Program-made: the position numbers and the translations under genes
Assembly (NCBI RefSeq): GCF_000315625.1
Contig: NW_005434641.1
Location: 77,113 to 141,112 of the forward strand
Source: Guillardia theta CCMP2712
Taxonomy: Eukaryota > Protista > Cryptophyta
Length of the DNA stretch: 64,000 nt
Reading direction: 5' to 3'
Shown here: in pieces, positions 55,950-64,000 of the stretch
Layout: every line of letters starts with the position of its first letter
Numbering within the stretch: the first letter of the stretch is position 1
The notes under the pieces: generated by a model
The model's database searches: none
The model's input: the letters and a program-made list of their open reading frames with translations, nothing else
Told to the model about the DNA's origin: nothing

Positions 55950-56445
55950 AGTGAGCCCGCGCCGGAGTGATGGGGGCCCACTCTGGCCATCCGATCGGAC
56001 GCAAACTGCTCAGTGGCGGACTCGGAGCTGCGGCCGGGCCGGGCCGCCGGGCACCGGGCCAGGCTTGCCAAGTGCCAAGTTGACAGCGGCGCGGCCAGTG
56101 CCCTGGCCCCGGCACCGTGTCCGACGGCGATCGGCCCCGATCCGAGGATGGCCGGTGACCCGAAGTTCAACGGTTGGTGGCCCGCCGCTTCAAAAGTCAC
56201 GGTTCAACGCCCAAGTTTACTGAAGCACTCTTGAGTCAACACTGAAAAATAGCAGTAAACTGACCGGGACTCTGTGAGGTGCTCAGCGGCTAGCACTGGG
56301 CTACCGGCCACTGGCAACTTGCAGTGTGACCCGGACAGAGCGCCAGCCGGGCGAGAATCACTGAGTTGACCGTGACCGCGGGGCTCGATGACGCCTTTCA
56401 ACATACTTTTCATCAGTTGTAAAAGTCACTGGGCCGGGTGAGCGC
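55950..56445. repeat. GC-rich intergenic island of the same compositional family
   Basis: CCGG/GGCC/CAGTG/TGAC-rich, similar to 10370-11070 (both contain AAGTTCA(C/A)CGG-type motifs). Confidence 0.5.
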
Positions 56446-56446
56446 C

Positions 56447-56908
56447 TCAAGACATGCTGTTGGGCATGCTTGAAACCGCGGAGGCATTTAGAAGCAGTGC
56501 AAGCTCCTTGGCTTTCAAGTAGTCGCCGCTCTGTATCGCATGGATCGCCTCCTGCCGCATCTCCTCCATGTGCCCATCCAAACCAAACTTGCTCGCGTTT
56601 ACACCGACGACTTCAGCTTCTGGCAGAACACCAGCGAGCCTCTCACCCCTCTTTGGCCCCATCAGTGTCTTTCCACAGAGTTCAATGAAGCAAGGCTTCG
56701 GCGGGAACTGAAAGGGGATGAACAAGCAACAAAATTTGTAGCCGTACAGGAGACATCCCTCTGGTCCACAAGCTTCGACACAGTCGCATGTGCTCCGAGA
56801 TTGGTAGCACAGAAACTTCAACTCCTGAGAGCAAAGGTTTGGTTCAGAGAATTTCGTGCAACCGTACCCATGGCAGCAACAGTAGCAAGCATAGAATCTG
56901 GGACACAT
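56447..56908 (-). CDS. Cys-rich hypothetical protein (possible upstream exon)
   Basis: CYCCCHGYGC...CSQELKFLCYQSRSTCDCVEACGPEGC...KFCCL...PPKPCFIELCG. Confidence 0.55.
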   Translation of the reverse strand: MCPRFYACYCCCHGYGCTKFSEPNLCSQELKFLCYQSRSTCDCVEACGPEGCLLYGYKFCCLFIPFQFPPKPCFIELCGKTLMGPKRGERLAGVLPEAEVVGVNASKFGLDGHMEEMRQEAIHAIQSGDYLKAKELALLLNASAVSSMPNSMS

Positions 56909-57589
56909 CTTTTTCAGAAGCTAGTAAAGCACAGAGTTGCAAACATTTGTACTCACGTGTCGTCCAGCAATTGCAATGCAGTTCCTTGCTTGGACATTTT
57001 TAGAGGATACTAAGATTAGACAAATCAATCTCTCTCAGAAAGTACATTTACGGTTAGAAGCTTGCTAATTTCGGAGTGAGTTGTGCTACTGATTTTTGGC
57101 TATCGTTTGTCAAAATCATGAAAAGTCTCGCTTGCTGACTGAAGCAGATTCAAATTAGGAACCTTGCATTGAATACTCAGAGAAGACTACAACTATTTCG
57201 CAGGCAACAAGAACGCATGAAGAACATCGCACTTGCTACGGACGAAGCAAGTAAAGAGGGAGCAAAAGGAATGGCTTGAAGAGAAGGTGAAGGTCACAGG
57301 GTGCCCAGCTGGGAGCATGATGATGCCAGGATCACCCATCATGAGCTGTGAGGTAGAGCCCTAGAACGGTAGCAGCATGTTCTTCTCTGCTGCTACGACT
57401 CATTGATGCAATCTAGCCTCCTTGTGTTATATCTCTTCATTTCGAGTCTTTGTACCGGTGCTTTCGGGGGGTAGGGGGAGGGTGGGTACACGCGGGGCAC
57501 TGACTGTAATGACATGTGGGTGGTTCTGCAGTCATACGGACCGCTCAAGAAGTTGACACTGCCTCTAGGAGATGAACTTTTTTTTTTCA

Positions 57590-57865
57590 AGCCTGCCCGG
57601 CCACCGGCGAAACGCCGCACAGCCGGGCCCTCGGATCGGATCGGCGGGGCGGCATTCAGGGCCGAGTTCCGAATGAGTCAGCGGCCGGCCAATCATCCGA
57701 TCCGGCGGATCACCTCAGTGGCTCTCCTGATTGTCCTCGTACTGATTTTTAACTTAACTTTGAGTAAAAGGCGTGACTAACTACTTGGAGTAAAACCACA
57801 CTGACCATTAGTTTAATCACTGAGGCCGGCCGGACGAAAAACCGGGGGAGTCGGGGCCCGATCAA
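57590..57865. repeat. GC-rich island with the conserved core at 57722-57768
   Basis: CTCTCCTGATTGTCCTCGTACTGATTTTTAACTTAACTTTGAGTAAA, identical to the core at 18747-18793 (reverse complement). Confidence 0.85.
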
Positions 57866-58001
57866 CCGCTCCCCATGTGGATGGGAGGTCGAGGAGCGGG
57901 ATGAAGGCGCGGCTTGCAGCTCCAAGATGAGCAGGAGCCTCGACGATATCTCCTTTGCTTGCTCTCTCCTGACACGTTGCTGAGGTAGCGATCTCCTTGC
58001 C

Positions 58002-61000
58002 ATGAGGGAGAGCTTCTCCTCCTCGAACGCGCCCAAGCTGCGAGTCTTGTCCGGCCCCAACAAGAGCGAGACCTTTCAGCTGCGGCTAGGGAACAATGTC
58101 GTTGGGAGAGCTTCGGATTGCGACGTGTGTCTGGAAGGGTCCGGCATCTCCAAGCGCCATGCGTCCATCGTTGTGTCTGCTGAGAGGACGGACAGCAAGA
58201 CTTTCACAGTGCAGATTGAGGACCTTGGTAGCACAAACAAGTCCTTTCTCGGATCCTTGGAGGAGCCAGTAGAGCTGACACCTGGACGACGTTATCCGAT
58301 GGAGCATGGAGAGGTGGTCGTGTTCGGGGATGTTGCCTGCGTCCTGCTGTCGCGGAACAAGTCCCAGCCCTCCTCCTGTGAAGCGACGCAGACAGAAGAC
58401 TTCCCTGAGGTGGTCGGGATGACGGGGAGCGGATCCATGATAGGAGAAGCCATCCAGACTACCGCCCCTGACATGACGGTGCAGTCGCAGGAGACGATCT
58501 TGACGCAGCTGGACAAGCTGATGCAGGGGATGACGAACCTGTACTCCATCGTGCAAGGAAGCGCCCCTGGCTCCATAGCGTCAGACTCCTGGGCTCCTCC
58601 CAGGACCTCGACGAGCGTCATGCAGAGCAACATGACGCAGACGGACTTCGAGCTGGGGGAAGAGGACATCATCCTGAACCAGACGGACGTCGACATGTGG
58701 CCGCACGAGCAGGCGAGGGTGTCGGTCATGGCCTCGGACATGCACACAAGGAGTGTCGGGGAGCGAGCAGGAGCGAACCTGCAAGGGATGGGGACTCAGT
58801 CCCAGCTCCTGCCGCCGAGTCTTGATGCAGATCGACCTCTCCCCGGCATCCTGCGGCACGCAGCCGTTGCTGCGCCTCAGCCCACCTTGGACCCTTCACT
58901 CTTCCAGGACTTGTACCGCGGGGTGACGGCGGAGGGAAGGACGACGCAGAGATCTCTGCAGAGGTCGCGCATGCATACTCACAGGAGCAGACACAGCGAT
59001 GCCATGCTCGAGGAGGAGGAGGAGGAGGTGCTGGTGAGCATGAGAGACGTCCAGGTCCCTCAGAGGGTCGTGTTCCATATCCTCTGCTTCCTCCCTCGCA
59101 TCCCCTGCATGCTGCTTATGTCCTCCGTCAACTCGTACTTCCGGAGACTGTGCGAGGCCAGCCTCCTGTGGGAAGAGCTCGACCTCTCCTGGAACACCAT
59201 CTCCCCGGACCCCATCTGCAACAGGATCACCGACGAGATCCTGCACCGGCTGCTGACCAGGTGCTACCGGACCTCCCTCCTCCGCGTCGACCTCTCGGGC
59301 TGCAGCTTCGTCAGCGACTGGACGCTCCTCAACCTCTCGAAGCACAGCTACAACGTGCGGTCCATGGTGTTGAAGTGCTTCGCAGACGTCGGTCCGCAAA
59401 TCTCTGACGCCGGTCTTGTCGAACTTGCTCGCCGGCTCCCCAAGGTGGAACACGTGAACTTGTTCTGGTGCCACAGGGTGAGAAGTTTTGCCCCCTCCCC
59501 CCTCCCCCCTCCTCCCTCCTCCCTCCTCCCTCCTCCCTCCTCCCTCCTCCTTTAATGTCGATCATGCTCTTCGCAGTTCCTTATCGTTTGCTCGATTCTT
59601 TCATCCTTTCCCTGTTCGTTCTACTTCTGCTTCCGCCTTCTGTCCTCCTCTGATCACATCCCTTCTACCCTCTCATCTCAAATCCCGCCCCTCCTCCTTC
59701 CTCCTGTGGCCTTCCTCCTCCTCACAGGACTGACTGTCTGGCGCAGATCACCAACGTCTCTGTCACAACCCTCTCCTCCCACTGCCCCAACCTCAAGTCC
59801 CTCGACCTCTCCGGCTGCTTCGAGCTCACCGACCTCTCCATCATCTCCCTCGCAGAAGCTCAGTGCGGCCCTCAGCTACTCGACCTCAAGCTCAAGGCCT
59901 GCGAGTCCATCTCGACCGAAGCTGTGCTCGCTCTCGCAAGGAGGTGTGATGAACAAGTCTTGTTCTCCTCCTCCTCCGTCTCTTTTCCTCTCAAACCCTT
60001 CTCCTGAATTCACCCACCTCCCCTCTCTCCTCCACTCGCTCAGCTTCAGACACCCCCTTCCCCGCTCCAGCTCCTTCCCTCCTCCAGCTTTGCTCTTCTC
60101 CCCCTGCTCTCACGGGGATCAGAACAAGAGCGCTCACTCTCCTTTCAAGGTGTACATCTCTACAAACTCTCGATATCGGCGGATGCAGCAGAGTGAAAGG
60201 AGACGCGCTGGTTGCGCTGATGTCTCAATGTGTGTCATTACGGGAGCTTGACATCTCGCAATGCCACCAGGAAAGTTCTGTCACCACCTGATCTCAACTC
60301 TTACTCCTCCTCTCGCTTCCTACTCGTTCTCTTCTCCTCTCTCTCTTCACTCTGAGCATCTCGGCTGATCATGGTCCCTCCTCCTCACACCTTATCTGCC
60401 CTCCTCCTCCTGACTTCTCTTCGCCTCTCCTCCTCCTCTCCTGACGTCTCCCTCCAGGTCCTCGACATTCACATGAGAGCGATGGCCCCGTCCTTCACGA
60501 GGATCAGCCGCTTGAGCGTAGCTTACAGCCGCAACCTATCAGACGACGGCATCAAGGACATGGTCAGGTTCTGCAACCAGGTGACCCTCCTGCCGCACTC
60601 TCCTCCCTGATCCTCATGCTGTCGCATCCGCTTGCTCCTGCTTTTACAAGTCTTCTCCCTTCTCAACATCTCTTTTCACCCTTTTGCACCTTCATCTGTT
60701 CCTGTTCCTCTTCATCCTCCCTCCCTCGTTCTCTTCTCTTCCTCCGTCTCAGTCTTCCACTCCGTCCCTCCCCCTGGCCTCTTCGCTTGTCTGATCCTCT
60801 GACACCTCCCTCAAGCTCGAAGTCGCCGACCTCCGCGGCCTCCGTCGCATGACGGATGATTCTCTCCTTAAACTCTCTCAGGTCAGCTCGCAACTTTCCC
60901 TGCCCCTCCCTTGACCCCGAGGCTTCAGATTGCCAGAAACCTCAGTAGCCTCGACGTCCGCGGCTGCCAGTCCCTCACTCATGAGATCCTAGGAAAACTT

Positions 61001-61048
61001 GCGACGCAGCTTGTCAAGTGCAGGTTCACAACGTCCTATGTAAACTGA
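58002..61048 (+). CDS. FHA domain + TQ/SQ-rich linker + F-box + FBXL-type leucine-rich repeats, multi-exon
   Basis: FHA: VVGRASDCDVCLEGSGISKRHASI...IEDLGSTN. F-box: VPQRVVFHILCFLP...SSVNSYFRRLC...LWEELDLS. LRRs: LLRVDLSGCSFVSDWTL, VNLFWCHR, LKSLDLSGCFELTDLSI, LSSLDVRGCQSLT. Confidence 0.85.
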
Positions 61049-62094
61049 GTTGCGACACTTGTGCGTGTCTGAAGACTTTCATGATTGTACAACAACGACA
61101 ACAACATTACATCTTCTGTCATTCTTGCACGACAACGACATCGTAGCAAACAATTCCATTCCTCTGCATCTTGAGCTCTTATCCTTGGACCAAAAGCTCT
61201 CAGTCCTTGCTCTTGCTCCCCCGCAATCTGCCCATGTCCAAACCCAAGAAGAAGGAGAAGAGAACTACCGTCTTGCAACCGAGGGTTACAAACTGAGTTC
61301 ATCTCCACAGCAACCAACCTGCAGGAAGGAGAGGATGACGAAGAGGTCGTTGAAATCGATCTCTTGAGAAGTTGACAGGACCTGCCCCAATTTGGGTGAG
61401 CTCTTACAGTAAATCACAGGAGAGAAGAGGAGGGAGTGGCGGGAAAAGAGAGGAGGGAGAGAAAGGAGAGGAGAGGGAGAAGGGATGAAGACAGTGTCGC
61501 AGTGAGCTAGAGACCGCGGAGAGGATATTGTTGAGGCCGTGGATGATAAGAGGCTCCAGTATGCCGTTGCGTCGATGGTTCACAAGGAACCTCCTGCCAA
61601 CCCAACGTGTCAGGCAAGGACGTCAAGACGAGGATAGCTCTGAATGCGAATTTTGTTCCTTCATCGCCCTAGATCATCTTCATCGTCTCTATCCTCCTCG
61701 ACCACATTCCCTCCTTCCTCCTCCCTCTGCTCCTGCTCCTTCCCTGCTCCTGCTCCTTCCCTGCTCCTGCTCCTTCCCTGCTCCTGCTCCTTCCCTGCTC
61801 CTGCTCCTGCCCTCTCTGGGACAGAGGCTCCCACTTACGTGCAAAGGAAAGTGCCGATGAGGCAGGACATGACGATCTGAACGATCACGTACGAGGTTCG
61901 ATATCTTGGATGGTAAACATTGGAGAGGTGAATGACGCCGAAGAATGCCCCGGAAATAAGCACACTAGTGCTCGGAGACAAGCGATTCCTGTACCACACC
62001 CGTTATCCCCGAAGACAATCGTTGTCGTTAATCGTCATCGTCATGATGCTCATGATCATAACCATCATCGCGAATATCATGGTCATCATGGTGG

Positions 62095-62132
<38 letters not shown>

Positions 62133-62173
62133 GGAGGAGGAGGAGGAGGAGGAGGAGGAGGAGGAGGAGGAGG

Positions 62174-62232
<59 letters not shown>

Positions 62233-63034
62233 CAGCAGCAGCAGCATCAGCAGCTCTTCTAATTACGTCATATTGATCCTCCTCCTTCTCCCTCCCCTCC
62301 TCATCGCCGTCATAATCACCTCCATTACAACCTTTCCATCAAGATTTACCTTGCAAGAAGCACCAGAAAGAATCTGAAGATGACCTCTTCACGCAGGGGA
62401 GCAAACAGCTAGAGGTGTACCAGAGACAACGAAAGATCAGCAACAAAACAAAACAAGGAGACATGAGTACAATAAGTTCCAGCAGACGGTGCAAGGAGAA
62501 GGCAAGCTCCCCCTCGACGAAGTTGTCTACCCCGAACAACTGCCTATGCATCCGTCGCTGCATGTACAGCTGCTGGACGAAGCCCAAGACCATGAGGAAG
62601 CAGATCACCATGGTACTGATCGACACGCTCCCGCACTTGGAGAGACATCTGACCACGTGGCTGAAACTGACGCCAAAGAAGCTGCTGTACCGCCATGACA
62701 GGTACACAGTCACAGCCGCGACTATGGCGAAGCTCGACGCAATGACGAGCACGTCACGCTGCAACGAGCATGAAAGAGCAATCATGATCCCTTCATGGAG
62801 AGGACACGGCGTCTTCCTAGGCATAGCGGCCTTGGACAGGTCTGAGAGAACGGTGTTGAATACAAAAATTACGATCATTGCCTCGCAGTAGCACGAGAGC
62901 ATATCCATCAAGGCCAGCCCGACTCCTAGCTTCCCGCCACGAATAACCCTCGTGATCTTCTCCTCGTTGGCAGCATTCCTCGCCTCTAGCAGCACGAGAG
63001 CCAGCGATCCTCGCTCCTCCTCTGCACGTAGCAT
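61036..63034 (-). CDS. CPBP family intramembrane glutamic protease (Rce1/Abi type II CAAX protease-like), multi-exon
   Basis: Motif 1 FAPLREEVIFR (~62373-62405), motif 2 ISGAFFGVIHLSN (~61920-61958), motif 4 LEPLIIHGLNN (~61527-61560). Multiple TM segments. 3' end approximate. Confidence 0.8.
62090..62252. repeat. Compound microsatellite (CAT)n(GGA)n(GCA)n in intron
   Basis: Three adjacent trinucleotide tracts. Confidence 0.9.
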
Positions 63035-63652
63035 CCTGCCAAGATCCTCCCGCGGTGGAGCTGATCTCTCAGCTGGTACTGGCCATAATGTGAGTATCCC
63101 TTGGCAACCTGCTCATACACCAGCAAGGCATGATGGTGTAGAGATGATCGCTAGCAGGCGCTTCCCCGATGAGAAGTTTTGGTCGAAAGTTTGCAAAGAT
63201 TTCACATGGTAAACTTTACCTGGTCAAAGTTTCAAACGTTTCAAAGTTCTCAACGGCTATCAACAGCGACTAACCACCGCTACCCCCTCGCCACAGGGAA
63301 ACGACGAGGAAATCACTGAGGTGGGTACTCTATGAGGTCGGTTGAGCATTGCGACGAAGTGCAACGGGCCAGAGGAGTGCGACTGAAGGGGGACTGAGGA
63401 GGAGAAAGAACGAGAGAGCAAGAGAGTTGAGAGGAGAAAGATTGGGGTCATCGGAAGAACGGACTGAGAGACCGTACTGCGATGCTTGATGGATACAGAC
63501 AACATACACACTCTTCAAGTGCAGCACATTGGAGTGTACATCTATTGGCAGGTGTGCGAAGTGAGAGTTGAATGTGACCGACCAAGGATCTGTTTGAACT
63601 TGACAAAGCAAAAAAGTGCCTTGATTGACTCCTATAACATACCGTAGACGGC

Positions 63653-64000
63653 ATGTTCCCTGACAGAAGCAAGTCCGCAAGGGTGAACCCACCCAACAGA
63701 AGGCAGGTTCCGAGATGGCTGCCTGCTTCATACACCAGACACGTCTTCTTGAAGAACCATCCAGTCGAGAAAACAGACGCACCTGGTCCTGGAACATATG
63801 ATATCTTGACTGTAAAACGGAGCCCTGCTGATTTCCGGCAACGAAAACCGATCGAGAAGAGTAGGAGCGTCGATGTGCTGAGCAAGCTGCCATTTCGAAG
63901 GACAAAGAAGCTGCACGCAAAGAAAGATAGGAAGAAGCACAACCATGGAGATGCCGTCAAAATGCCAAAGCTCAAGATGGAAGCCATTCGGAAGCTCAGG
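63653..64000 (+). CDS. Partial basic protein with PGPGxY (STPGR/SHIPPO-type) motif, runs off the window end
   Basis: Open frame from ATG 63653 to the window end, containing DAPGPGTYDI. Upstream exons are possible. Confidence 0.45.
   Translation, partial: MFPDRSKSARVNPPNRRQVPRWLPASYTRHVFLKNHPVEKTDAPGPGTYDILTVKRSPADFRQRKPIEKSRSVDVLSKLPFRRTKKLHAKKDRKKHNHGDAVKMPKLKMEAIRKLR

Noticed and set aside
61910-62377. Poly-His/Arg/Ser and poly-Ile/Gly/Ala ORFs
   Set aside because: Translations of a compound microsatellite inside an intron of the minus-strand CPBP gene.
63448-63987. Minus-strand 179-aa and 196-aa ORFs
   Set aside because: The plus-strand frame with a PGPGTY motif is more protein-like, so these are probably antisense shadows.

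Overview
Eukaryotic nuclear DNA. It is gene-dense with many short GT-AG introns (often 40-60 nt, others expanded by (GAG)n/(CCT)n/(GAT)n microsatellites), a bipartite 'A-F' plastid-targeting-type leader and several N-gaps. This style is most consistent with a cryptophyte alga such as Guillardia theta (inference, not a database hit). About 20 genes are recognisable: RRM protein, DOT1-like SAM methyltransferase, GT13-like glycosyltransferase, thioredoxin reductase, SulP/SLC26 anion transporter, type II membrane methyltransferase, TBL2-like WD40, PPEF phosphatase, EGF + GT23-like fucosyltransferase, NTAN1, histone-fold protein, RPN10, FCP1/NIF-like HAD phosphatase, FHA-F-box-LRR, CPBP protease and two spliced 47-aa microproteins. 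The standout is a ~925-aa selenoprotein at 14399-17274. In it a DUF4395-like membrane domain with CxxC motifs is fused in one exon to an animal-type thioredoxin reductase ending G-C-U(TGA)-G-stop. A clear SECIS element and two further stable hairpins sit in its 3'UTR, and a sulfate-transporter-family gene is the next recognisable gene downstream. Also notable are a ~1.5-kb nested palindromic (foldback) element at 11102-12642 and a dispersed family of GC-rich intergenic islands that share an AT-rich core, which forms a perfect 39-bp inverted repeat in one copy.
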